Positions 29,101-38,836 of a DNA stretch of 64,000 nucleotides are shown piece after piece. The translations under genes and the position numbers were made by a program. The stretch lies in IMG/VR virus record IMGVR_UViG_3300047560_001714, positions 96,001-160,000 of that record, one strand, 5' to 3'. Every line of letters starts with the position of its first letter. The stretch's first letter is position 1. The notes under the pieces are model-generated. The model did no database searches, was not told the origin of the DNA, and saw only the letters and a list, made by a program, of their open reading frames with translations. The DNA comes from a virus.

Positions 29101-32100
29101 TAGCAACAAATGGTGGATTATCCGAACAGGTTTCGACATTCTCGTATTATTGTCACACCCATTACTGGGCAAACAACGGTGGACAAATTAGATCGGTTGG
29201 TGGATCAAACGCACACGGTTCTTATGGGTTGCGTTCATCTGGCTATGACGTTACTGAGTTACCAGATTCGGTTACATTAGCAAATAATTTACTACAGACC
29301 GCTAAAATATATAAACAAGGGTCAACCGCCACATATATGGTTGTTAACACTGACAAAACCCAAGTGGTATCGATCTGGATATACGGATATGAATATACTC
29401 CGACTAATTTATGTGAAATTGAAATAGATCATTCATTATATGGTGGTCCTATTGCTAGATATGGGGTTTCAACAATTGAGCATACCAATATTACTATTAA
29501 TGGCCAAAATGTTCTTAAAGTAAACTTTTCGTCAACTGGTATGGATGGTACAACTGTTACTGGGTTAGCAACTGACTTATATAATGGGCAATTGGTAACT
29601 ATTATTTCATTCCAAAGTGTTAAATGTTACAATATTGATAACGTTAGACCGACTCGTCCGTCAACCGCATTGCAATATACAGATAATCTTGGAAGTATTT
29701 ACCGTGTTATTTCTTATAATTTAACAGAATCAACCGGTGAAACCCTTCCAGCAAATATTGCTATTTTACAAACAGATGCTGGATTTAACTATTACCAATT
29801 ACTTACCGATACATCAAGTTTAACAGTTGTTGACCCAAATGATCCCTCAAAAACACAAGGTTCAAAAGTTGGTGACACTAAAATTGCGATAGTTGCAATT
29901 TCACAAAAAGCAATTATCGACCAAATTAACAAAGGTACATATATTACCGCGTGGAGTGGAAGAATCCATAAGATATCTAGCTACACTTTACCACAAGTTA
30001 TTGCAACCGGTACTTACTATAGTTGGAATAGTACAACTAAGGTTTTAGTTGTATCATCTGTGTATGGGGTAATAGAGGTCAATGATATCGTGGTTGGTTC
30101 TGGCATTACCGGCAACCCAACTGTTGTAAGCTCAACTTATGACTCTGAAACTCTTAGAACATCTGTTACCTTATCAACCGCATCAGGAATAACAACACCA
30201 AGTGGTTCTATTACGTTTGGTATATCCGCAAATGCATATATTTCAATTGAATCCACACCAATCGCAAATAATTCTGCCGATGGAACTGTTATATCAGCAC
30301 TTACACACAAAAGTACAGCAACACAATTAAATAGTTTGACCGCAAAAACGGTTACTTTTGATATACCATACAGTCAATACAACGTTGTACCAGCAATTGA
30401 CAGTTATGTTACAATTGCTAATAATGCAACGACCGCATTTAATGGAACTTATCAAGTTATCGGTAATATTAGTCAAACTGAAATAGCGGTATCCTCTGTT
30501 TCAACACTAGCCGTTGGTATGGTTATATTACCACCGTCTATTAGTGGGGTTACCGCAAGTGGAAACGGGACCTCTATAACCTTTACCTTTGCATCACAAG
30601 CATCAATGCCATTTGTTGTTGGCGGTTCAATTAAAGTTGCAGGTATTATTCCAACCGCATATAATGGTGTGTATACTATTACTGGTGTTAGCTCAACATA
30701 CATTACGGTTGCCGGAACCGTTGCTAGCTCAATAACACAAACTGGTATTATATCTGCACACGATGGGTATATTCCTGATAGTTGTATTATTCAATCAATT
30801 AATAGCTCAACTAACTCTTTTGTGGTTAGTCCAGCGTGCTGGGTGCCATCGAATACGGTGATCAATGCTATTTTATTAGCAACACTAAAAGATATTACTA
30901 TCGTAAATGGTGGTTCAAATTATTCTTCCACTATTCCACCAACTATTTCTATAACAGGTGGTGGTGCGTTAGTTAATGCCCAAGCAACCTGTGTGGTAAT
31001 TGATGGAACTATTTCAAAAATTGTTATAATTAGCACAGGGTATGGTTATACCAGCGTACCTGCGGTGGCGGTGGCTGGTAATGCTATCCTAACCGCTAGT
31101 ATAACAAATACCACGTCAACGACCTTAACCGCTAATAGTGGTATTAATACCACCGCCATTGCATTAAGTTATGCGAGTGACCCAGGTACATTTACACTTG
31201 GAAGTGGTGCAAACGTACTTACATTATCGGCGGCTAGTACGGTAACAACTGCTAATCCAGATGTGCCGGAATATCCATATTACGATGTTACATTTACCAC
31301 CACTGGAACCGCACAAACTGTCGGTAACTACTTCAGAATAACTGGTAATAATAATGCATTATACAATGGATTCTGGAAATGTACTGCAAGTGCAGCAAAC
31401 TCGTTGACATTACGCATGCCATTAGATCCAGGTAAGGCTGGTACAGCCACAGAAACCACAAATGCAACCGCATCTATGGCTACTTCTAGCATTGCTGGTA
31501 CAACCTTAACCATCGGTGGTGCTGTCACAGGCACGGTGGCTATTGGTATGTACTTAACAGGTGGTACTATCCCATCTGGAACTTATATTACTAGCGGTTC
31601 TGGCACAACATGGACTATTAACCAAAGTGTTACACAAGCATCAACAACGATAACTGGAACTAACAATCTAATTACGTTGGGGTCATCAAATGGTCTTTCG
31701 GTTGGTGATCAAATTATATTTACTGGAACATCATTTGGTGGTATAACAGCGTCAACCGTATATTATATCAGTGAGGTGGTATCATCAACACAGATATCTA
31801 TAACAACTAGTTCTACCACACCAGCAGCAAGTGCAAATGTCACATTAACAACAGCCACTGGAATTATGTCATTCTATACCAATAAAGCAAATTTTGGTCA
31901 TACCTATACGGTATCGTCATTTGCTAGTAAAACTGGTACAGGACCATACTTAGTTACGTTAAATATTCCAACTGTGGTTACACCAATATTAGTTGGAAGT
32001 AAATGGATAGTTGCTGGTAACGCTACCACAGCATACAACGGAACTTACACCGTAACCGCAAGTACAACTAGTACAGTTCAGTTGAGTTATTCTAGTGATC

Positions 32101-34235
32101 CCGGTACCTATGGTGCTGGTACAACCACTATTATTAACACTTCGGTTGCAACACTTGAGATAACCGGTGCGACAAGTAATGGAATCGGTATCAGTAAACC
32201 ATTCTCCACCGCGACACAAGCAACTTTACGTGCTGGATATGCTGCAAATGTTACCGCGCAAATTACAACTCGAATCAGTACATGTCGTGCAACATCGCAC
32301 GATTTCTTAGATATTGGTACTGGTGGATACAGTACATCGAACTATCCATATCAAATTTACGGAAACCCAGCGCAATCAAAAGATCAATCAAAAGAGATTA
32401 AAGAAGATGGTGTTGGGCGTGTGTTTTATGTTAGTACTGACCAAGATGGTATTTTCCGAGTTGGTCGATTCTTTACTGTTGACCAAGGAACTGGTTCTGT
32501 AACATTTAGTTCTAACTTTGCGTTATCAAATATTGATGGGTTAGGATTTAAAACTGGCGCCGTTGTTCGTGAATTCTCAACCGATAGTACAATGACAACG
32601 AACGCATCTGATGTTATACCAGTTCAAAGTGCTATTCGTGGATATATTGACAAACGCCTTGGTATAGATCACGGTGGTAATCCATTAGTTGCTAGGGATT
32701 TGGTCGGTCCAGGCTACCTACCATTAACTGGTATTATTGCAATGAAAGGTACCTTATTAATGGGTGGGAACTCGATTACTAACTTACCATTACCATCATT
32801 GTCTGGTGATGCTGCCAATAAAGCATATGTCGATTCATTAAATTTATTAAGTAAACTTGGTGACGTTGACACTCTTACAAACGCACCTTCAAATGGCCAA
32901 TTTTTTGTATTTGATGGAACCACCTCAAAATGGAAAAATTCATCTATATCTGGAAATGTAGCTATAACATATTCTGGTGGTGTGCTTAGTACAGCAATCA
33001 ATACTGGTGTTATTACTGATTCAATGATTAATAGTAATGCGGCGATTGCACAAAGTAAACTAAGTTTAAATGCCGCGACAACACGAGTAAGTGCAGCTGG
33101 AATTGCCCAATCTGACCGTGGATTAGCAAGTTTCAACAATACCCAATTTACAGCAACCAATGGATGGATCGAGTTACAATCCGCAACATCGGCCGCAACC
33201 GGTGTTACTTATAGTAAAATACAGTATATGAGTAATGGTACCGTATTGGGTAACAATACTGGTGCAGCTGCAGTACCACGCGAAATAACATTTGGTGATG
33301 TTGTAACAAACGGTAATGGATTGAAAAATACATCATTTGCGTTCTCAGGTATTGTATCAGTGACTTATGATGGGTCAAATACCGCAAATAACACATACAC
33401 CTCTCAGGCTGTTACAACCATCGGGGCTAGTGATAGTTTGGTAAAAACTGACAATGCTGGAAAAATTGATGTTACCGCATTGAAAATCGATGGAAAGTTG
33501 ATTATTGATACAACCGCGTCACCAGCTAGTGTTGATTTCTACACACCAAACACATATAAATTTATGTCATCCACTGGTACAACGTCATCGGACACAGTTA
33601 CAACCACCTTTGGTACATTGGATACTGGTACTGGAACATTAAAAACCACGACCATCACATCTGGATTGACAAACTTAGTTCAAAACCAAGGTACCATTAC
33701 CGGTAATTGGCGTATGACGTCTGGTAGTATATTAGATTTAAATACCAATTCTACCACATTAAAAGCCTATAACATTACGACAGATGGTACTGATACTGGT
33801 GCTGGCACAATTCAAGGGGCTTGGACCTTAACTGGTGCTAGTAAGTTACAAGCGACTTATGCTGATTTGGCCGAATTCTATGAAGGTGACAAAGAATATG
33901 AACCAGGTACCGTGCTTGTATTTGGCGGTGATAAAGAAGTCACGATCTCAACATCGGTAAACGATACCGCGTTGGCTGGTGTCGTGACAACAAATCCAGC
34001 ATACATTATGAATGCAGAACAAGCTGGTAACAGAAACTGTATTGCATTGATAGGTAGAACACCTTGCAAAGTCATTGGTAGAATTAAAAAAGGTGAATTA
34101 CTAACAACATCTAATACACCAGGATATGCGGTTAAAGCATTAAATCCAACATTGGGTGCTATTATTGGTAAAGCATTGGAAAACAAAGACTACGGTGAAG
34201 CCGGTGTAATTGAAATTGCCGTAGGGAGAGCATAA
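23184..34235 (+). CDS. giant virion structural/tail-baseplate protein (3683 aa)
   Basis: T4 gp9/gp10-like N-terminus (NDGTGDSIRESFRKVNENF), repeated C-x-RDVG helical units, beta-helix-like segment, C-terminal ADLAEFY...GRTPCKV...IGKALE chaperone-like domain. Confidence 0.88.
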   Translation: MTKQVIDIGVQGNDGTGDSIRESFRKVNENFDEIYAIFGASGTISFSSLQDGVAYDANQLIMGDSTGGTLSARDLIAGVGIEIEQSDTDLTISAAAANLQSDHTPSLSGPLNASGVTIGNLRYPSVEAVNDYNAVWAPNTTTIEQLPATVGYTNNTFVAKTTDGIVGTITTDGIIEAPLRVRDEPILADTTDPTYDDTLLGNYLSNEVMPRKDTVRRSGDTMTGVLTLSDHPAPLSGYGTPLNADDLQAATKFYVNNSTFSSNINLYVSASTGDDLQTNTPPGKEGRFWNYAYKSLGAAALQADNLMELASQEPGPYRQRLSYTIGADQSFSTVQSATLSGGNVALSGYTDAYDLLLANKSFIQSEVIAYINKKYVNDFKYDKVKCQRDVQLILSAIGDDLLFGTTFNSTRAANEYFNATSAKVITNQLAQTIDAINFVKNQVLGFSYNNTNVITYVTNVMTALKYDVVFLGNYQSIQVARQFASAGTNLGVTEITGILNDISDKLEVLPTIAASAQIVGNVKSNIQSIIDIITDGFYPTFLFPEKPNTTIGQLSSRDLIINNIEFIQAELIGYFNAEYPTLFISRETISLEIEKLVYDIVYDVLYGGNTQSLNWATYQGLSANTAAVAGALTYVNTLMQGIINSTTLVVYQQGVKQYRNETYVGAETTSSAISTSITLIKNKIVNNTSPTIVYPIYTDVGDILTNAFNSITTNTSIYAQAAGVYINTHYPSVNDPVVLTTITNLFDIMIDGLTLGTTSVPTYTSPAGTMPGVTHARDALLANLSFISDEVSGWIATTYPTFTYNGNPVTGLAKSKRDIAYIIEAICYDITYGGTTGNSATVHASNQYWTENPTNVFTLNLISPAICSAALTYMQGIVKSVAKNETVTTTHTATPQVRNSVWADGIAVASHTDTLIQIIVNSIGGTRTTTAIEPVTTGYDDNNLAVRALINTNAATIAQNTTNYLDDTYKGGFNYNEAICKRDVGYLIDGMAIDLVTGGTWQSVYAGKSYYKNSSAKAIAIGVQLTETLDAINYAKTVGLQVLNQTTATRYQSIVPQVFNNAKAPSSDAKTTFNTNMSTVISIIQNGISAAPSPSFGTGIWSVVFTNGGKGYVDQGSPSNNDIIPAKVLIGLTSSAYGSIVKYLRSTGGNGMDTIQLRLTKPGFFTPGEQLEFGETVRDLNITIMLESGIYYEDYPIKLPENCSIKGDDFRRTIIRPLDRISQSPWRKVFFYRDAVIDGLEIGVVNYTGTNYAPSTSITISDNGDTPSITLGSGQVPSSWIGRVLADNNISNGNAKRGKAVINSVSGNVMTCSIIYPFSSLAIAAGNWSLFDSLNYGRHYLSDPSDVNSTALNNKEIDVLLCNNSTRVCDITFQGHGGFAMVLDPNGQVKTKSPYGQVCSSFSQSNNRHRFAGGQLVDGFTGRLIGNIVDIADSGITVTIQGTTRATATYSSGGVASTTMQLTNVYNTILVGAVVSGSGFISNQTVLSVTQTGTTATVVLSAVADSTPSGTLVLGKESGLDIRPPQPPCAFYLHGNRYQINDVVSFDASTATVVLTLDTATPYNAAAAYNNTKCSRDVGLILDAITYDLVLGSNFRTVRAATSYLRSYSSVVPSSQKIQTIAGVNKTRDLANALITSNTSAQATIKALSAIVTGVIFDGITYAPSLVYANPVGISDTSNIAKAKNILIANRAFIQNEITAYISATYSIKLINRYNVLTCQRDVGLVVDAMVYDLFYGGNSQTRDAGEAYYASGVSSIFGEETYTVAAYGRLKTVIQQIVAGTTVTKTYGNTETQVTTNAPSSITYTATATTSAITAIGTKIITCTSVPSNIGIGSPISGTNIPSNSYVIGFTDTTITISNNVTTAVASGVTLTINGSFATTLASLSDILIDYVANGAYDTTSYILSQPIVTGQSSGLITAQSTILAGKAGIQTSVIDFLNKGGGVSINIEMGGNKSMLANDFAMVNDLGYAILATNGGLSEQVSTFSYYCHTHYWANNGGQIRSVGGSNAHGSYGLRSSGYDVTELPDSVTLANNLLQTAKIYKQGSTATYMVVNTDKTQVVSIWIYGYEYTPTNLCEIEIDHSLYGGPIARYGVSTIEHTNITINGQNVLKVNFSSTGMDGTTVTGLATDLYNGQLVTIISFQSVKCYNIDNVRPTRPSTALQYTDNLGSIYRVISYNLTESTGETLPANIAILQTDAGFNYYQLLTDTSSLTVVDPNDPSKTQGSKVGDTKIAIVAISQKAIIDQINKGTYITAWSGRIHKISSYTLPQVIATGTYYSWNSTTKVLVVSSVYGVIEVNDIVVGSGITGNPTVVSSTYDSETLRTSVTLSTASGITTPSGSITFGISANAYISIESTPIANNSADGTVISALTHKSTATQLNSLTAKTVTFDIPYSQYNVVPAIDSYVTIANNATTAFNGTYQVIGNISQTEIAVSSVSTLAVGMVILPPSISGVTASGNGTSITFTFASQASMPFVVGGSIKVAGIIPTAYNGVYTITGVSSTYITVAGTVASSITQTGIISAHDGYIPDSCIIQSINSSTNSFVVSPACWVPSNTVINAILLATLKDITIVNGGSNYSSTIPPTISITGGGALVNAQATCVVIDGTISKIVIISTGYGYTSVPAVAVAGNAILTASITNTTSTTLTANSGINTTAIALSYASDPGTFTLGSGANVLTLSAASTVTTANPDVPEYPYYDVTFTTTGTAQTVGNYFRITGNNNALYNGFWKCTASAANSLTLRMPLDPGKAGTATETTNATASMATSSIAGTTLTIGGAVTGTVAIGMYLTGGTIPSGTYITSGSGTTWTINQSVTQASTTITGTNNLITLGSSNGLSVGDQIIFTGTSFGGITASTVYYISEVVSSTQISITTSSTTPAASANVTLTTATGIMSFYTNKANFGHTYTVSSFASKTGTGPYLVTLNIPTVVTPILVGSKWIVAGNATTAYNGTYTVTASTTSTVQLSYSSDPGTYGAGTTTIINTSVATLEITGATSNGIGISKPFSTATQATLRAGYAANVTAQITTRISTCRATSHDFLDIGTGGYSTSNYPYQIYGNPAQSKDQSKEIKEDGVGRVFYVSTDQDGIFRVGRFFTVDQGTGSVTFSSNFALSNIDGLGFKTGAVVREFSTDSTMTTNASDVIPVQSAIRGYIDKRLGIDHGGNPLVARDLVGPGYLPLTGIIAMKGTLLMGGNSITNLPLPSLSGDAANKAYVDSLNLLSKLGDVDTLTNAPSNGQFFVFDGTTSKWKNSSISGNVAITYSGGVLSTAINTGVITDSMINSNAAIAQSKLSLNAATTRVSAAGIAQSDRGLASFNNTQFTATNGWIELQSATSAATGVTYSKIQYMSNGTVLGNNTGAAAVPREITFGDVVTNGNGLKNTSFAFSGIVSVTYDGSNTANNTYTSQAVTTIGASDSLVKTDNAGKIDVTALKIDGKLIIDTTASPASVDFYTPNTYKFMSSTGTTSSDTVTTTFGTLDTGTGTLKTTTITSGLTNLVQNQGTITGNWRMTSGSILDLNTNSTTLKAYNITTDGTDTGAGTIQGAWTLTGASKLQATYADLAEFYEGDKEYEPGTVLVFGGDKEVTISTSVNDTALAGVVTTNPAYIMNAEQAGNRNCIALIGRTPCKVIGRIKKGELLTTSNTPGYAVKALNPTLGAIIGKALENKDYGEAGVIEIAVGRA

Positions 34236-35077
34236 TGGCACGTCAAATAATTAATATTGGAACAACAGTAAATGATCGCAGCGGTGACCCGCTGCGAACA
34301 GCATTTGATAAAGCAAATCATAATTTTACAGAACTTTATAGCGCGGTCGGCGCAGATATTCAAATTCCAGCGCAAACTGGTAATAACGGAAAATACCTTA
34401 CAACCAACGGTCAAGAACTAACGTGGGCAACGATAGAACCCCCTAGTTCGACACCATCCAATAGTATAGTGAATGGATCATATACCGTATCCGTTGATAC
34501 TTTTGGCGTATTAAATGTCCCATTATCTCAGTTTAATACCGCTCAAGTATTTGCCCCAACGAATGAAACGTTAATGTTAGGTAACAGTAGCCATTATGTA
34601 CAAATACGAGGGACAGATGGTGCAATTATGTTCCCTGATTATTCAGTACAATCCACCGCATATCCTGGAATAGTCAATCGAGCAAACGGAAGTGAAACAC
34701 TAGCGGTTGGTGTTAATATCTTGTCAGCCGATTTTTTACGTGTACGACTAGTGGCGGGAATGGGTGACACCTTAAATGTCGAAATTCAATACAATCGGGA
34801 TATTACCGCATCCGTTATATTGACATCAACAACTGTTGCTTACGGAGTGGCTGACGAATCTATGAACCTGTGGAACGGTAGTACGGTTCTACAGGCTAAC
34901 ACAACCACATGGTATACCATAAATGCCAATACTCTTACAACATCCGGTGATATGGTAACTGCAATTTTTGCAGATAGTAGTTATCATAAAATGTATCGAA
35001 TAACGGTAATAGTAAGACATATACCTAATATAACTACGCTCGGTGATGCCTATTGTTCGATAGAAGTCTTAAAATAA
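34235..35077 (+). CDS. gp9/gp10-like baseplate/fibre protein
   Basis: NDRSGDPLRTAFDKANHNFTELY; GKYLTTNG fibre motif. Confidence 0.75.
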   Translation: MARQIINIGTTVNDRSGDPLRTAFDKANHNFTELYSAVGADIQIPAQTGNNGKYLTTNGQELTWATIEPPSSTPSNSIVNGSYTVSVDTFGVLNVPLSQFNTAQVFAPTNETLMLGNSSHYVQIRGTDGAIMFPDYSVQSTAYPGIVNRANGSETLAVGVNILSADFLRVRLVAGMGDTLNVEIQYNRDITASVILTSTTVAYGVADESMNLWNGSTVLQANTTTWYTINANTLTTSGDMVTAIFADSSYHKMYRITVIVRHIPNITTLGDAYCSIEVLK

Positions 35078-35120
35078 ATTGAATTACCGCTGAAATAAAT
35101 ACACCATAGGATATTAAAAT

Positions 35121-35681
35121 ATGACAATTCAAACAATAAACTTAGGAAGTTACGCCAACGATGGAACGGGTGATGATTTACGAACAGCATTTCAAAAAGT
35201 AAATGCAAATTTTACAGAACTTAGCCATACGGTAACTATTGCCAACGCCGAAAATATCGGGAATGGTACTGGACTATTTGCGCAACGTGCTAATGCAAAT
35301 TTACAATTCAAATCATTGTTATCGGATGATAATAGTGTTATTATAACCCATTCGGCGGATTGGGTTAATCTTCAATCAGTAACACAGGTTGAGTTAGACA
35401 CCGCCCCGCTATTAGGGGCAAATCTCGGCCTTAATGGACATAATATTTATGGCCCAGGTGACGTTCAAACAACAATATGGGGTGAAGATATGAAACTTTT
35501 AAGTTCATTGGTTACCACATTATTATATTCTAATACTAACATTCATGTTGATCTTGGGTATATTAATATTCCAACTGGGGCATCATCGTTGAACCCTCGC
35601 GGGGTATCTTTGGATTTTGGTGGATTTCTTGGTAATCCTAGAAACGATGTTGAATTTGGGTTCTTTGATGCAACCCCATAA
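35121..35681 (+). CDS. gp9/gp10-like baseplate protein
   Basis: NDGTGDDLRTAFQKVNANFTEL. Confidence 0.75.
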   Translation: MTIQTINLGSYANDGTGDDLRTAFQKVNANFTELSHTVTIANAENIGNGTGLFAQRANANLQFKSLLSDDNSVIITHSADWVNLQSVTQVELDTAPLLGANLGLNGHNIYGPGDVQTTIWGEDMKLLSSLVTTLLYSNTNIHVDLGYINIPTGASSLNPRGVSLDFGGFLGNPRNDVEFGFFDATP

Positions 35682-35695
35682 TTACGAGAATATTA

Positions 35696-38026
35696 ATGAC
35701 TAATATATGGAATATTCGTTCTGGTGAAAATATTGGAACAATAAATGAACGAACCCCGGTGGATATACGATTGCCAATTTCGTTCGACCAGTTGCCATCC
35801 GATTTGACATTCACAGTCATTTCTGGTAGTCTTCCTGGTGGGTTATACATAAAAAACCAACATATAATTGGTATGGCATATGAGGTGGCAAGAAATACAA
35901 ACTTTACATTTTGTATAAGAGCATCATCCAGTGCTGGTATTTCAGATAGAACTATGGTTATAACTATAGCTGGCCCTGACACACCAGAATTTATCACATT
36001 GGCTGGGAATCAGATTAGAAATCTCGATATAGGGCCAAACCACCAATTATTTGTTGTATCTAACACGTATGTCGATTATCAACTAGAGGCATTTGACCCA
36101 GATACAGCGGCTGGCCAAAAATTAAGCTATTTTATACCAAGTAAAGACGGTGAATTGCCACCTGGATTATCATTGACAGAAGATGGTCGAATATATGGCA
36201 TTATAAAACCAGTCTTAACCTTAAAAAAATCTGATGGAAACGGTGCATTTGATACTGCCCAATTTGATGATACGCCATACGACTTTGGTATAAGATCATC
36301 AAATGGATATGACTCATATTATTATGAATCAAAATCTTATGACTTTTCATTACCGGCAGCACGTCCACAATCTCTCAACCGTAACTACGAGTTTTATGTA
36401 ACAGTTACTGACGGTGATTCATATGTCCGACGCAAGTTTGCAATATATGTTGTTGGTGATGATTACTTCCGCGCCGATAGTACAAGTTTCATTAATGATA
36501 CAGGATTCTTTACCGCAGACGTTACATATATGTCTGCACCAATATGGCTTACAAAATCCAATTTGGGTGAGTTTAGAGCAAATAATTATGTATTAGTTAA
36601 GTTAGATACCTATGATGTAAGTCAGGTAATCTATAGTATAGATAATATTAATCATTTACCACCAGGTATGAAATTTGATCCAATTACCGGTGATATATTT
36701 GGTAAAATCCCATATCAACCAGCTATTACCAAAACATATACGTTTACAATCACAGCCACACGGTATGGTAATAAGGATGAAACAGCAGAATCTTCTAGAA
36801 CATTTAGCATGTCCGTGTTTGGTGAACTGGATAGTGTGTTATCATGGGTGACTGATAGTAATTTAGGTTCATTGGATGCAAATTCTCCATCTGTATTAAA
36901 AGTATCGGCGGTATGTAGTCTACCATCATCAGTATTAATTTATCACATTACAAGCGGGTCACTACCACCTGGGTTAACCCTTGATGTAAATGGGGAAATT
37001 GTTGGAAATATTCAACAATTTAAAGATGTTTCTAAAAATATCAATGGTATTCTAGCATTTGATACTAACGATACCACTTTCGATAACAATACAACTATAT
37101 TTGACCGAGTATTCACATTTACAGTCCAAGTACGTGACCAATATAGTATAAACACTAACACTAAACAATTCACATTGAGTGTTAATACCCCAGACAAAAT
37201 TCCATATAGTAATATTAAAGTAATGCCACTGTTGAAACCTGCGCATCGTGCTATGTGGAAAGATTTTATTAATGACACAACCATCTTTCCACCTGATAGT
37301 ATTTACCGCACAAATGACCAAACTTTTGGGATTCAAACCAACATGGAAATGACCATATATGCCGGAATCAATACAACGGATGCCGCCGCATATATTAGTG
37401 CAATGGGTTTAAATCATAAAAAGAAAAGATTTAACTTCGGTAGTATAAAAAAGGCGTTGGCCAGAGAAACATACACTAGTGATGTGATATATGAAGTAAT
37501 ATACATCGAAATGATAGATCCATATGAACCAAATGGTAAAAAATTAGCACCAAGTTTATCAAAGTTAGGAAAAATGTCACCACCGATTACTGTTGATGAA
37601 AGTGTTGATTTTTGGGATATGCCTTTAAACCAATTAGATGCATCTCAAAATAGACCACATAATATAATAACGGTTGACAGCACCGGATATAAAAGTTCGA
37701 ACTCGCAGCCATCAACTTATTATCCAAACAGCATTTCTAATTGGCGTAAAAGAATTCGTGCGATCGGTTCAACTGATAGAAAATTCTTACCATTATGGAT
37801 GAGAACAATTCAATCTGAAACAAAACTAGAACTTGGATTTACTTTAGCGATACCACTCTGTTTTTGTAAACCAGGTACCGCTGATGACATATTATTAAAT
37901 ATAAAACACAGTTCATTTGATTTTAAACAAATTGATTACACCATTGACAGATATATAATTGATGCGGTCGATGGATATACCAATGATAAATATTTGGTAT
38001 TTAGAAACGATAGGATAACAATATGA
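35696..38026 (+). CDS. Ig-like (He_PIG-type) repeat virion protein
   Basis: Four LP(P/G)G(L/M) Ig-repeat signatures. Confidence 0.75.
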   Translation: MTNIWNIRSGENIGTINERTPVDIRLPISFDQLPSDLTFTVISGSLPGGLYIKNQHIIGMAYEVARNTNFTFCIRASSSAGISDRTMVITIAGPDTPEFITLAGNQIRNLDIGPNHQLFVVSNTYVDYQLEAFDPDTAAGQKLSYFIPSKDGELPPGLSLTEDGRIYGIIKPVLTLKKSDGNGAFDTAQFDDTPYDFGIRSSNGYDSYYYESKSYDFSLPAARPQSLNRNYEFYVTVTDGDSYVRRKFAIYVVGDDYFRADSTSFINDTGFFTADVTYMSAPIWLTKSNLGEFRANNYVLVKLDTYDVSQVIYSIDNINHLPPGMKFDPITGDIFGKIPYQPAITKTYTFTITATRYGNKDETAESSRTFSMSVFGELDSVLSWVTDSNLGSLDANSPSVLKVSAVCSLPSSVLIYHITSGSLPPGLTLDVNGEIVGNIQQFKDVSKNINGILAFDTNDTTFDNNTTIFDRVFTFTVQVRDQYSINTNTKQFTLSVNTPDKIPYSNIKVMPLLKPAHRAMWKDFINDTTIFPPDSIYRTNDQTFGIQTNMEMTIYAGINTTDAAAYISAMGLNHKKKRFNFGSIKKALARETYTSDVIYEVIYIEMIDPYEPNGKKLAPSLSKLGKMSPPITVDESVDFWDMPLNQLDASQNRPHNIITVDSTGYKSSNSQPSTYYPNSISNWRKRIRAIGSTDRKFLPLWMRTIQSETKLELGFTLAIPLCFCKPGTADDILLNIKHSSFDFKQIDYTIDRYIIDAVDGYTNDKYLVFRNDRITI

Positions 38027-38616
38027 GTAATATAAATTATGCAGCAATTGATGTCACATACCCGATTGCGGGACAAGACAATAATAGTCAAGGATTTCGT
38101 GATAACTTTGCGGCAATTCAGACCGCATTAAGCGAGGCGGATGCTGCAATAACAAATTTAGAAGCAAAAGCACTGTTAAACACCGATATTGGTGTTGAAA
38201 GTACAGACCCAGCTATTAATGATTTACTTGGTAGTAGTATTACCAATGGTTCATTTAATCAATTTTATAGTGTAATCAATGCTGACACCATTACAACGTC
38301 AGTCAAAGATGTTGATTTGAGAAATGGTTCATTCCAAACATTTACATATACCGCTAACCGTGCGATTAGATTTAACTATTGGCCATCTGAATTATATGCG
38401 GTTGTTAGACTTCACTTAATTAATGAATCTGGTGCTTCCAGAACCCCAACCTTTTCGACTGTTAATAACGGTACTATTCATATGGAGCAATCATTTCCTG
38501 AAGATTTTACTGTCCTCGATGCCACACAAGCTGTTGTTGAAGCATGGAGTTATGACGGCGGGTTAAATGTATACATGCGTTTATTAGGAGTTTTCGATGC
38601 ACCCGTTAGTGCATAA
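38023..38616 (+). CDS. virion structural protein
   Basis: YPIAGQDNNSQGFRDNF N-terminus; coupled to the Ig-repeat gene. Confidence 0.65.
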   Translation: MSNINYAAIDVTYPIAGQDNNSQGFRDNFAAIQTALSEADAAITNLEAKALLNTDIGVESTDPAINDLLGSSITNGSFNQFYSVINADTITTSVKDVDLRNGSFQTFTYTANRAIRFNYWPSELYAVVRLHLINESGASRTPTFSTVNNGTIHMEQSFPEDFTVLDATQAVVEAWSYDGGLNVYMRLLGVFDAPVSA

Positions 38617-38827
38617 CTTAGGGTCATCGACCACCGCAGAACTTGAGGCCAAAGCTGCGGATTTATCAAAAAAATATTTTATGACGCATAATACTGAGCT
38701 AAAATCTCAAATTGTTGCAATACTTGAAACATATAAAGACGAAATTGCATCACGTAGACAAGCTGAATTTAATGCATTAATGGCTAAAAGCGAAAAAGGA
38801 CTTGACAAACTCATTAATATCGATTAA
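38597..38827 (+). CDS. hypothetical protein
   Basis: Helical 76-aa ORF. Confidence 0.6.
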   Translation: MHPLVHNLGSSTTAELEAKAADLSKKYFMTHNTELKSQIVAILETYKDEIASRRQAEFNALMAKSEKGLDKLINID

Positions 38828-38830
38828 AAT
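38802..38830 (+). promoter_or_regulatory. sigma70-type promoter
   Basis: TTGACA-17 bp-TAAAAT. Confidence 0.7.
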
Positions 38831-38836
38831 AGATTA

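Noticed and set aside
23184-35681. Diversity-generating retroelement or shufflon acting on fibre genes
   Set aside because: No reverse transcriptase, no recombinase and no near-identical TR/VR pair seen in the window
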